A DNA stretch of 64,000 nucleotides. Origin: a virus. Lineage: Duplodnaviria > Caudoviricetes. The notes under the pieces are model-generated. The model had not been told where the DNA came from and made no database searches. It was given only the letters and a program-made list of their open reading frames with translations. The stretch covers positions 4,167 through 68,166 of the IMG/VR virus record IMGVR_UViG_3300028381_000007; one strand, given 5' to 3'. Positions 15,954-24,986 of the stretch are shown in pieces; the first letter of the stretch is position 1; each line of letters begins with the position of its first letter. A program made the translations under genes and the position numbers.

Positions 15954-18900
15954 TCACGGGGGCGCCAGGTCGCCCATTCGATAGCTCGCCCACCGGATGA
16001 CCGGCGTCCCGTCGGCATCGAGGACGATCGCCGGGAGCGGCTTGAGCACGGCCGGCAGCTCCGGATCGGTCAGGCTCGCGCGCTTCGGAAACGCGGCCTC
16101 ATCCTGAAACCCGACCCGCGGCTCGTTGGCATCCAGCCAATCGAGGAAGTGATGGCCGCCGACCTCGCGCCGGTCATAGAGCGACTGGACGTCCCCCTGG
16201 TTGCCGAGACGGAGAAACGAGGCCGCAGAGTCGCTCGTCCGGTAGGCGAGGGTCAGCGCGTCGGTCTCCGCATGGAGGACCGCGTCGCCGAGGTTCCACG
16301 GCTCGTAGTCGACGCCGGCGGAGACCTGGACCGTCGTGGCCGTGGCGAGCGGGGCGCCCGCCGCGGGCAGGTGCGTCACCCAGACACCGCCCGCGGCGAA
16401 GTCGGTCCAGACGACGAAGTCCTGGGTCCACTGGAGGGGATAGAAGATCGGCTCGTGGAGCGGCCACTCGAGATCGAGGCCGAAGAAGAAGCGCGTGTAG
16501 TTGGCCAGCGGCCGAATGGCGTGCGTCTCCTGCGTCTGCGGGTTGTAGAGAAAGAGCCCGGCCTGCCGGAGCCGCGTCGTTGGCTGCACCGGTCCAAAGC
16601 TCGCCTCCTCGGGCTGCAGCTCAACATTGACGAGAAGGAGGGTCGGCGTCGTCCCGGTCCAGCGGAGCGGCAGCGCGCTCACGTAGCTGTTGTGGACCTT
16701 GAAGGTGTGGAGCAGCGTGGCGCCATATTTCAGATACATGAAGGCCGGCCCGAGGAAGAAGTAGGCGTGCGCGTCGACCTGGCGCGGCGTCTCGCGGTGG
16801 AAGTACTGCAGCGCGCGCGCCGGCAGGTAGGGCGGGAGCGTCTCCGGGAACAGGTCGCCCCGCATCGTGGCGCGGACGCCGTTGTGATAGCCGAGCTGGA
16901 AGGAGAAGCAGCTCCCCTCGCCGACGTTCCCGAGGTCCGCGGCCTGGCCGGGCGCGGGGACGTCCGACTCATACCGAAGATCCGGAATCAGATCGATGAG
17001 CGTCGGGGGCGTTGCGCCCCCCGGCTCGTAGAGCCAGGTCACCGCGCCCGGGAGCCCCTCGAACTTGAGCTGGAGCCGGTTGGTACCGACGAGGTCGTTG
17101 ACAGCTGGCAGTGGCGCGGCGAAGGTCCACACGCCCGTTGTCGTCGCACTCAGGGGATCGCCGAAGCTCTCCGAGATCTGCGCCCGGGTGAACCAGAGAT
17201 CGCTCGCGTAGTCGAGGAGCACCCCACGCGAGAAATCGTACGAGCCCCACAGCAGTCGCCAGCCGGGCGCGGGCGTGCTCGCGTCGAGGAGCAGCATGGC
17301 GGTGTGGGACTCGGAGAGCGCGAAGCGGCTGAACCCATTGCTGCCCGTCGCATGGTAGCCGAGGAAGTAGGCGTCGGGGTCGTCCGCACCGATGGTGCGC
17401 TGTGGGGGACTGCCGACGTTCCGCAGGCCCGGCTTCCAGCGGCACTGCGTGACCTGCGCGGCCGCGAAGCCCACCGTGCCGACCACTGCCGTGTTGTTGT
17501 CAATGCCGAGCTGATTCGCGGAGCCCGGCGCCGTGCGGAAGTTCTGCTCCAGCCCGAGCCAGTAGTGGGTGCCGATCGGGTGCGGCATGGGCCCGCCCGG
17601 ATCCAGGCCGGTGAGGAGACTGCCGGCGCCCGTCGGCGCGCCGACGTCCACGTAGCCCTGCATCATCACACCGAACGTCGGGTCCGGTCCCTCGAGCGCG
17701 GTGATGTCGGCGACCAGCGCGTCCGTGTAGACGTTCGGCGTCTCCGAGCGATAGATCCGGTAGCGCGCGGCATGCGGGACGCGGTCCCAGCGGAGCTGCA
17801 CGGTGCGCGTGATCGCGTAGGGCGGGACGCCGAATGTCGCGGTATTCGTCCCGCCATCGGGACAGGTCCGGTAGACGTCGAACTCACAGGACACGGCGAG
17901 TGAATCCCCGTCGGCGTCCAGGGCCTCCACGCGGTAGTAGCGCGCCACCGCGGACGTCCAGACGCCGCCCGTACCCTCGCCCAGGAGCCACGCGCGGAGC
18001 GAGAACTGCCCGCCGCGGTGTGTCTCCGCGCCATTGAAGGCGAACCAGAGCGTGACGGCGAGCTGCCATGCGTCGTCGACGACCGCGCTCGCGACATAGC
18101 CCGTCAGGTGCCCCGTGCGGAAGCGGGCGCCGTCCCCGAAATGCTGCGGCGGCTGCGTCACACCATTGCCCGCACGGTAGAAGGCCGCCGGCCCGAGCAC
18201 GACGTGCATCTGGCTGCGCCGCGCATAGCTGCCGTCCATCGGCTGGACGTCGTCGACGACCGCATGCGAGGGCACGCCGGGCGCCGCCGGGACAAAGCGG
18301 ACGGTGTAGTTGCGCCGGTTCCCCGAGAGGCGGTGCTCGAAGGTGGCCACGCCGAGGTCAAACTCCGCGACGCCCACGGGCTCGAGGCGCTTGAGCAGCA
18401 CGGCCGGCAGAATCCTGAGGCGCTTGAACACGCCGGCGGCGGTGGCCGTACGGACGAGCTGGAACACGGCGAAGTAGGCGCCCGGGGGCCCGCCGAGCTC
18501 GACGTGAAAGCGATCGGCCTTCGTGCCCCACCGCACGCGCATGAGCTGCTCGGCCAGGTTCACGCCGGCGAAGACCGGGTGCGTGATCGGCCCGCGCGCC
18601 GCGAGGGCGCCGCGCACGTTCAGCGGGGCGCACAGGACATCGTTGCGGAACCAGACATCGAGCTGTCCGGTCTCGTCGAGCGCGATGAAGAGCTCCTCAA
18701 CGGCGCCGGCCACCACGAGCACCGAAGGCGGCCCTCGCAGCACCGGGGGCGGCCCCTCGCGCTTCTGATGCGCGAGCACGACCGCCGGCTTCACGCCGTG
18801 CTGCCCCGGCGCGAGATTCGCGCGGCTCCAGAGCACCGGGACCGTCGTGCCCGCCTGCACCCCGCGCACGTCCCCCGAGGTGCGGAGCGTCGCATCGCCG

Positions 18901-19031
18901 ACCTGTAGGTCGCCGTTGCCGAGCACGGCGTCCACGGACTCCTGGGTCACCTGCTTGCGCTTCGCCTGCCCGAAGCCGATATATTGCAGCGCGAGCTGCA
19001 CGGCGCGGCTGAGCGTCGGACTGTCGGGCAT
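15954..19031 (-). CDS. large tail/receptor-binding virion protein (~1025 aa) with FN3-like segment
   Basis: Position in tail module; N-terminal OB-like VDAVLGNGDLQV; VQLRWDRVPHAARYRIYRS; beta-rich. Confidence 0.65.
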   Translation of the reverse strand: MPDSPTLSRAVQLALQYIGFGQAKRKQVTQESVDAVLGNGDLQVGDATLRTSGDVRGVQAGTTVPVLWSRANLAPGQHGVKPAVVLAHQKREGPPPVLRGPPSVLVVAGAVEELFIALDETGQLDVWFRNDVLCAPLNVRGALAARGPITHPVFAGVNLAEQLMRVRWGTKADRFHVELGGPPGAYFAVFQLVRTATAAGVFKRLRILPAVLLKRLEPVGVAEFDLGVATFEHRLSGNRRNYTVRFVPAAPGVPSHAVVDDVQPMDGSYARRSQMHVVLGPAAFYRAGNGVTQPPQHFGDGARFRTGHLTGYVASAVVDDAWQLAVTLWFAFNGAETHRGGQFSLRAWLLGEGTGGVWTSAVARYYRVEALDADGDSLAVSCEFDVYRTCPDGGTNTATFGVPPYAITRTVQLRWDRVPHAARYRIYRSETPNVYTDALVADITALEGPDPTFGVMMQGYVDVGAPTGAGSLLTGLDPGGPMPHPIGTHYWLGLEQNFRTAPGSANQLGIDNNTAVVGTVGFAAAQVTQCRWKPGLRNVGSPPQRTIGADDPDAYFLGYHATGSNGFSRFALSESHTAMLLLDASTPAPGWRLLWGSYDFSRGVLLDYASDLWFTRAQISESFGDPLSATTTGVWTFAAPLPAVNDLVGTNRLQLKFEGLPGAVTWLYEPGGATPPTLIDLIPDLRYESDVPAPGQAADLGNVGEGSCFSFQLGYHNGVRATMRGDLFPETLPPYLPARALQYFHRETPRQVDAHAYFFLGPAFMYLKYGATLLHTFKVHNSYVSALPLRWTGTTPTLLLVNVELQPEEASFGPVQPTTRLRQAGLFLYNPQTQETHAIRPLANYTRFFFGLDLEWPLHEPIFYPLQWTQDFVVWTDFAAGGVWVTHLPAAGAPLATATTVQVSAGVDYEPWNLGDAVLHAETDALTLAYRTSDSAASFLRLGNQGDVQSLYDRREVGGHHFLDWLDANEPRVGFQDEAAFPKRASLTDPELPAVLKPLPAIVLDADGTPVIRWASYRMGDLAPP

Positions 19032-19032
19032 G

Positions 19033-19560
19033 TCAGCGCCCCGGCGTCCCGAGCACCAGCCACCCGCCCGCATCGGTCTGAATCGCGTAGACGGGGCCGC
19101 CCGCGCGGAAGCGCTCGGTGGTCGCCGCGCCCGCGAGCACCGTCCCGAGCCGGGGATGCGCGAGATGGACGAGGAGCCGCCCATCGGCGAACACGGCCTC
19201 AATGGTCCCGCGTCGGAGGATCTTCTGCTGGGCCGTGATCAGCCGCGTTACGGCGGCCGCGAGCGTCGGCGACGGCAGCGCGCTCGAGGGCGCCGGCCCG
19301 CTGACCGGCAGGCCCAGGGCCCCGCGATCGGCCGCGGCCCCAGGCCCCAACACGACCCAGGCGCCGTCATCGGCCCACGCCAGGAGGACCGTCTCGCCGG
19401 CGCGAAAGACATGGTCGATGATGGCCACGGCGATCAGCGCCGTGCCCTTCGCGGTGACGAAGAGTCGGCCGTCCGCGGTGACAGCCTCGAGCGTGCCCGT
19501 GAGCAACACTTCCCCTTGGAGCTTCGACAGCGCCCCGGTGATGGTCTGGGCGGCGATCAT
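19033..19560 (-). CDS. tail-tip protein with two OB-fold-like repeats
   Basis: GTLEAVTADGRLFV...FRAGETV...WVVLG and GTIEAVFADGRLLV...FRAGGPV...WLVLG. Confidence 0.65.
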   Translation of the reverse strand: MIAAQTITGALSKLQGEVLLTGTLEAVTADGRLFVTAKGTALIAVAIIDHVFRAGETVLLAWADDGAWVVLGPGAAADRGALGLPVSGPAPSSALPSPTLAAAVTRLITAQQKILRRGTIEAVFADGRLLVHLAHPRLGTVLAGAATTERFRAGGPVYAIQTDAGGWLVLGTPGR

Positions 19561-20003
19561 CCGAGGCGCAGGAAAGTGTGCTGGGCGATGCGCACCGTCA
19601 CGCGATCTTCTGAAAACCAGGCGGGCAAGTCATGGTGCTCGCGGCCCTCGCGCGTGACGATCTCGTTGAGGTAGTATCCCGCGCCCTGCGTTGGGTCCGG
19701 GAGGAACGCCCAGTAGGCCGCCGCCATGGCCCACCAACAGCGGTCCCATGCGACGGTGTCCAGCCGCGCGAGCCGCGCCTCGGCCGAGGCGGGGATCGTC
19801 CAGCACGAGAACTGGGCCGGCGCCAAGATGACCGTGGCAATGCTCTGGTCGCGACGGACCATGCGGTTCTTGATGACCCAGGCGACCGCGAGCTTCCCCG
19901 CGTCGGGCTCGCCGCCCGCCTCGAGGTAGACCGTGGCGGCGTAGAGCGTCAGCTCCGGCCAGAAGGGATGGGCGCGCGTGAGGTCGGGCCGCGGCGCGAT
20001 CAT
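19557..20003 (-). CDS. SleB/Hydrolase_2 cell-wall hydrolase (endolysin or tail lysin)
   Basis: ATVYLEAGGEP...AVAWVIKNR...VILAPAQFSCW...DPTQGAGYY. Confidence 0.9.
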   Translation of the reverse strand: MIAPRPDLTRAHPFWPELTLYAATVYLEAGGEPDAGKLAVAWVIKNRMVRRDQSIATVILAPAQFSCWTIPASAEARLARLDTVAWDRCWWAMAAAYWAFLPDPTQGAGYYLNEIVTREGREHHDLPAWFSEDRVTVRIAQHTFLRLG

Positions 20004-23000
20004 GGCGGGGTCCACGCCAGCGCCTTGATCGCGCGCGCGACGGAAACGTTGACGGAACTTTCGTCATGGGTGAGCTGGAGCGACTGGACCAGGAACGACG
20101 GGGGCAACGCGATGACGCCGCCGCGCTCGTCGTGCAGCTCGACGATGGCCATCAGCGACCCGCGGTGCAGCCAGGGGACATTGACTCCGGTGAAGCTCGC
20201 CTCGTGCTGCCAGGCGCCACTGACGCCCGCGGCGAGCTGCGCGGCGATCAGATCGAGCGTGGCCTGATCCAGGTTCGCGTCGCTATAGCTGAGCGGCGGC
20301 GCCGTCGGGTCCGGATCGATGATCAGATCGACCAACGCGAACACGGGCTCGGTCGGGGGTGGGATCGCGACGGGCCGGGGGAGGATGCGCAGCTGGCGTG
20401 TCGCCGTGACCGCCTTGTAGGTGACCGGATCGTCGGGCGTGAAGGTCGCCGTCAACGTCGCGGACTCCGAGCGCTCCGTCCAGACGACGGTCCCGTCGGC
20501 GACCGTAGCCCCAGGCTCCGTGATCCCCACGAGCGGGCTCGCGCCCGGATCCGTCGTGCCGGGCGCGGTGCAGACGAAGACCAGCGTGCCCTCCTGCACC
20601 GTGTCTCCATTCGCGTAGATCTCGCCCGGCAGGCGCGCGCCCTTGCTCGCCTGGACGAGGCCGAACGCGATAACAGTCCCGGAGGGCGGCGAGAAGTCGA
20701 ACGTCCCGGCGACCGGCAGATGCGCGTCGTCCGGGGTGACCGCCGTCGCGCTGAGGGTGAGCACCTCCCCCACCATGAGCGAGCCCGGCGGCGTCCACCG
20801 GATCTCCGGCGTGAGCCCGGTGTGGGCCGTGCCAGCGTCTATGCGCAGGTCGCGCCTGGCCTCCTTCATCGTGTATGTGGACGCATCCGGCGTGAAGAAC
20901 GCGACCATCGTGAGGCGGTCCGCTTGCTCGCGCCAGACGACGGTGTTGTCGACCACGGTGATGCCGGGCGTGACGTCGACCGCGCCGAACGGGTCGCCGC
21001 CACCGCTGGTCCCGGGCGTCGTACACACGTAGAAGTGCCCGCCGACCTGCGCGGTCGGCGCGACGGTGTCCCCTGTCGCGTAGATCTCCCCCGGTTGCCA
21101 CGGCCCGCGCGACGCGGTGACCAGCCCAAGGCCGAGGACCGTCCCCGGACCGGGGCTATACGCAAAGGTGCCGGCGACCGGAGTGTGCGCAAGCGTCGTA
21201 TCGACCGCTGTCGCGTTCAAGGCCGGATCGATCACCGCGCCGGCCAGGAGCGAGCTGGGTGGCGTCCACCGAATCTCGACGTCGGCCGGCTTGACCGTCA
21301 CGCGCACCGTGACGGTGACCGGCTCGAACGCCGTGTTGGCGGGGGTGAACACCACGGCGAGCGGCTGTGCCTCGCCCGGGAGGAGCACCGTTCCCGCGGC
21401 GGGCGTGTAGACGAAGGTCCCCTCCATGTTCGCGCGCGCATCGAGCTGCGGGGTCGGCGTCCCGGGTGGCGGGTTGTCCTGGAGCTCGGTCAATGCGGTC
21501 GGCCAGGTCATGTCCGCGGGATCGTTCCACGTGACTTTCGCGACCTTGGCCCCGGGCACGGGCCCCTCGCCCGCGCCCGCCGCGCCCCCCGAGCGAATGC
21601 CGCCGGGCCGCGTGCCCGAGGCAATGGACACGCCGCTCTGCGCGGCCTGCCAGACCCAGTGGAATTGATTCGTGGCCGCGCCACGCTCCCATGCGAACGT
21701 ATCGACGTAGACTGCATAGAAGTCCGGCCCCTGGTCCTGGTAGCGCGTCACGACGAGCTGGCTCGGCGCGAGCGGCAAGTTCACCTCGCCGGTGATAATC
21801 AGCTCCGCCCCGGGTGAGGCGTCGAGCTCCGCCTTCCACTGGGTCTGCGTTGTCATGGTCAGCAGACGCAGCGTGTCGTAGGCCTGAATGGTGAGGGAGC
21901 GCTGCTGCGTCACCTTGTCCGGGTGCCCCTGGACGGAATCCGTCTGCTCGCGGAGCTTCAACGGCTGATTGACCGGACCATCGGGCCCGTAGATCGACGG
22001 CTCCCAGGTCGTAGTGATGACACTGCGGTTCACAAGCCCTGAGGTACCGAAGAAGAACCCAACCAGGGCGGAGGCATAGGTCTCCGTGATCGCGGAGACG
22101 AGCAGCTTGTCCGGCATGCGATACGTCGACACGGCCGTGACCCGGCCGACCTCGCGCCCGGCATCGTCCTGCACGACATCGCTGGTCCGGATTGTCAGCG
22201 ATTCCCCGGGCCGATAGGGCGGGGCCGGGGACGCGGGCATCGCGAGGAGCAGCGTCGAGCCATCGAGCAGCGTCACCGTCCCGACACCGAGCACCGCGCC
22301 GAGGGATGTCACGACGGAGACGAGCACTGTCTCGTCCGCAAGCTGTGCCGTGGGCGTCGCGACGCTGCCCGCGGGAATCGCCACCGTCGTCGTATCGAGC
22401 AGGCGCAAGGTGCCGCCGGTCAGCGTCGCGGCGCCCAGCGGATCCCCGGCGCCGGGGTTCGTGGCCGGCGTCGCATCGAGGCGCATGCCTCGCAGCGTCA
22501 GGTGGCCAATGCGGTCCGTGCGGAACTTCCGGAGCCGCAAGCTCTTGATGCGCAAGTCGCGCGCCGCGAAGGTGTTGACGGCGGGCGCCACCGGCGCCGG
22601 GAGCGGCCGCTGGCGGCAGATGACGGTGCGCCCCTCGAGAAAGACGTCGACCTTGCGGGCCTCGCGCAAGGAGAACGGGCGCACCAGCTGAAGCAGCACA
22701 TCAATAGGCCGCCCCACGGCATTGACGCTCTCGTGAACGGCGTAGTCGGGACATTCCCAGGACAGCGCGAGCCCGGCGCGCTGGACGACGAAGGTGGCAA
22801 TGTCACTGGCCCAAAAGAGCCCATACGCGATCGGGACAGTCACCTCGCCGGAGATCACCTCGGGCGGGGGGCCGTTCTGAAAGATCTGGCTGACCTGGGT
22901 GTCGAGCAGGCGCGCCATGGGATCGCGGCCCTTAATCGTGCCGGTGATCCGCGTGGGCTCGACGGTGAGGGCGTACTCGTCGATGCTGCCGCCGTCGATG

Positions 23001-23629
23001 ACGGGCCCGCCGTCGCCCGCGCGGAGTGTGACCCGGTCCGTCGCATGCGCCTGTTGATAGAAGTCGCTGCCGGCGACGTCGGCGGTGTACTGGTCCGCGG
23101 GCAAGTCGAGCGAGGCATCCACCGTGAAGCGGGTGGGGAAGAACTGCCCCGGCGCGAGCGGCACCACGAGCGCCGTCTGTTGTGGGACGTCCGGCCACGC
23201 GGGCTGGGACGCGACGAGGCCAAGGCTCCCGGTGCCAGGCTGGCACGCTATGCCCGGGCGGAGCGTGGGCGCGAGGCCAACGAGCGCCAGCGCGGCGGCC
23301 GCAGGCGTCAGGATACTGCTTCGAACGGCAGTCCCCTGGATCCCGACGAGCGCGAGCACCCCGACGGCTGGCGTGAACCGGCCCTGGACAATCGTCCCCG
23401 CGACACTCGCGAGGCCGAGCACGCCCGGGGCGGGGGTCCGGCGGGGCGAGGAGCCCTGCTGGCCCACGAGGGCGAGGCCCCCGGGCGAGGGCGCCAGCTT
23501 CATCGGCCGAACCGTGCCCTGGGTCCCGGTGACACTCAGGGCGCCCGCGACGGGCTGGAGCACCGTGCCGCGCACGGAACGGGCGAGGATGCCGGTGAGC
23601 GTGAGCGTGCCGAGGGTGGGCGTTGGCAT
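20000..23629 (-). CDS. multidomain tail hub/adhesin protein (1209 aa)
   Basis: Seven N-terminal PxxGxLxLxG repeats; hub-like middle (IKGRDPMARLLD); three Ig/MBG-like repeats with CBM-like inserts. Confidence 0.7.
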   Translation of the reverse strand: MPTPTLGTLTLTGILARSVRGTVLQPVAGALSVTGTQGTVRPMKLAPSPGGLALVGQQGSSPRRTPAPGVLGLASVAGTIVQGRFTPAVGVLALVGIQGTAVRSSILTPAAAALALVGLAPTLRPGIACQPGTGSLGLVASQPAWPDVPQQTALVVPLAPGQFFPTRFTVDASLDLPADQYTADVAGSDFYQQAHATDRVTLRAGDGGPVIDGGSIDEYALTVEPTRITGTIKGRDPMARLLDTQVSQIFQNGPPPEVISGEVTVPIAYGLFWASDIATFVVQRAGLALSWECPDYAVHESVNAVGRPIDVLLQLVRPFSLREARKVDVFLEGRTVICRQRPLPAPVAPAVNTFAARDLRIKSLRLRKFRTDRIGHLTLRGMRLDATPATNPGAGDPLGAATLTGGTLRLLDTTTVAIPAGSVATPTAQLADETVLVSVVTSLGAVLGVGTVTLLDGSTLLLAMPASPAPPYRPGESLTIRTSDVVQDDAGREVGRVTAVSTYRMPDKLLVSAITETYASALVGFFFGTSGLVNRSVITTTWEPSIYGPDGPVNQPLKLREQTDSVQGHPDKVTQQRSLTIQAYDTLRLLTMTTQTQWKAELDASPGAELIITGEVNLPLAPSQLVVTRYQDQGPDFYAVYVDTFAWERGAATNQFHWVWQAAQSGVSIASGTRPGGIRSGGAAGAGEGPVPGAKVAKVTWNDPADMTWPTALTELQDNPPPGTPTPQLDARANMEGTFVYTPAAGTVLLPGEAQPLAVVFTPANTAFEPVTVTVRVTVKPADVEIRWTPPSSLLAGAVIDPALNATAVDTTLAHTPVAGTFAYSPGPGTVLGLGLVTASRGPWQPGEIYATGDTVAPTAQVGGHFYVCTTPGTSGGGDPFGAVDVTPGITVVDNTVVWREQADRLTMVAFFTPDASTYTMKEARRDLRIDAGTAHTGLTPEIRWTPPGSLMVGEVLTLSATAVTPDDAHLPVAGTFDFSPPSGTVIAFGLVQASKGARLPGEIYANGDTVQEGTLVFVCTAPGTTDPGASPLVGITEPGATVADGTVVWTERSESATLTATFTPDDPVTYKAVTATRQLRILPRPVAIPPPTEPVFALVDLIIDPDPTAPPLSYSDANLDQATLDLIAAQLAAGVSGAWQHEASFTGVNVPWLHRGSLMAIVELHDERGGVIALPPSFLVQSLQLTHDESSVNVSVARAIKALAWTPP

Positions 23630-24442
23630 CTAGGGCCGCTTCGTCCAGACGGTACGGGGCGTCTGGCGGTTGTCGAGCTGCGAGGCCTGCGTCACGACCG
23701 GCACCACGTCCCACGAGAGCAGCAGCGGCTTCGCGGTCTGCAGCACGTCCCACGAGAGCAGCAGCGGGAAGACCCCCGTCCCGACGACGTCCCAGGACAA
23801 CACCAGCCGCTGCAGGGGCGCCACGGCGTCCAGGACATCCCAGGAGAGGGTGAGCGTGGCCGTCTCGGTGGTGGGCGTCGTCCCGAGGCTCCCGGTGAGA
23901 ACCAGGGCCCCGGGACCCGGCACCAGGATTCGCCCGGCGAGGAGATCGGGGGGTGTGCCGGCGAGAACCAGACTTCCGGTCCCAGGCGCCAGGGCGAGCG
24001 AGACGAGGAGCAACGGCGCGACGCTCGAGGCGGCCAGGGCGCCCGTCGACGGCGTGCGCTGGGTCTGGCCGCCGATCCCGGCGAATTGTGGCGTGAGGAC
24101 CAGCGCCTCGGCCGCGGGACGGATGGCGAGGTCGAGCCTCGAGGCAATACCGGTAAGCACCAGAGCGCCGACCGTGGGCGCCACCACCGTGTCACGCGGG
24201 GCAGCGGGCGCCACACCGAGGAGCGCCAGCGCCCCCACCGCGGGCCGGATGAAGGTCGGGACGGTCGGCGGGTCACTCGCGAGGACCAGCGCCCCAGTCG
24301 ACGGGGTTTTCGAAACATTCCCGAGCGCGGCATCGGCATCGAGAACTGGCGCGCCGTCGGCCCAGGCATCGAAGCTCCCGGCGCCCGCGGCGACCGACGG
24401 CGCCCCGTCGGTCCAGAAGTCGAAGGCCTGGCTGCTCGGCAT
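23630..24442 (-). CDS. repeat-rich minor tail protein
   Basis: Seven PxxGALxLxG repeats plus four LxLSWDV repeats. Confidence 0.7.
   Translation of the reverse strand: MPSSQAFDFWTDGAPSVAAGAGSFDAWADGAPVLDADAALGNVSKTPSTGALVLASDPPTVPTFIRPAVGALALLGVAPAAPRDTVVAPTVGALVLTGIASRLDLAIRPAAEALVLTPQFAGIGGQTQRTPSTGALAASSVAPLLLVSLALAPGTGSLVLAGTPPDLLAGRILVPGPGALVLTGSLGTTPTTETATLTLSWDVLDAVAPLQRLVLSWDVVGTGVFPLLLSWDVLQTAKPLLLSWDVVPVVTQASQLDNRQTPRTVWTKRP
23705..23767. repeat. 24-bp perfect direct repeat, period 39
   Basis: CACGTCCCACGAGAGCAGCAGCGG at 23705-23728 and 23744-23767, encoding PLLLSWDV. Confidence 0.85.
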
Positions 24443-24451
24443 CGCCGCAGC

Positions 24452-24982
24452 CTAGCCGAGGACGCGATTATCCCAGTTGGCGTAGACCGCCGGCGAGCCG
24501 CCCGCCGCGCCGATCGCGTTGCTGCCATCGGGCCGCGGATTCCGCGTCCGGAGGATCACCTTGAGGACGCCCACCTCGCGGGCCGTCACCGAAATGGTCG
24601 GGCTCGTGTGCCAGGCGTCCGCGCCGGCGTCGATCGTGACCACCTGGTCGTCATGGAGTCCCACCGCGTAATTCGCTTTCACGATCACCTGGGGCCGCGT
24701 GGCGGCACCGTCGTCCGGCCCATAGCGGCAATCGATGTTGAAGGTATTGCTGCCCGCCTGGACGCGCCAGAAGAGCGGGCCGAAGTCGACGACGCCGCGG
24801 AGCTGCAGCGAGGGAGCACTCGGATTGCCGAGGAGGTCATCTCGCCCGGCTCCGCGACCCAGCACCCTGCGGTCCCCGAGCACGATCGCCCGGAGCGCCG
24901 TGACGTTGCCGGCCTGGAGCGCGATGAGCATCTGCTGTGCGGTCGACAGGCCCGACGCCCCGATGGTCCCCAGATCGGCCAC
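24452..24982 (-). CDS. minor tail protein
   Basis: 176-aa ORF, GTG start, within tail operon. Confidence 0.6.
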   Translation of the reverse strand: MADLGTIGASGLSTAQQMLIALQAGNVTALRAIVLGDRRVLGRGAGRDDLLGNPSAPSLQLRGVVDFGPLFWRVQAGSNTFNIDCRYGPDDGAATRPQVIVKANYAVGLHDDQVVTIDAGADAWHTSPTISVTAREVGVLKVILRTRNPRPDGSNAIGAAGGSPAVYANWDNRVLG

Positions 24983-24986
24983 GGCG

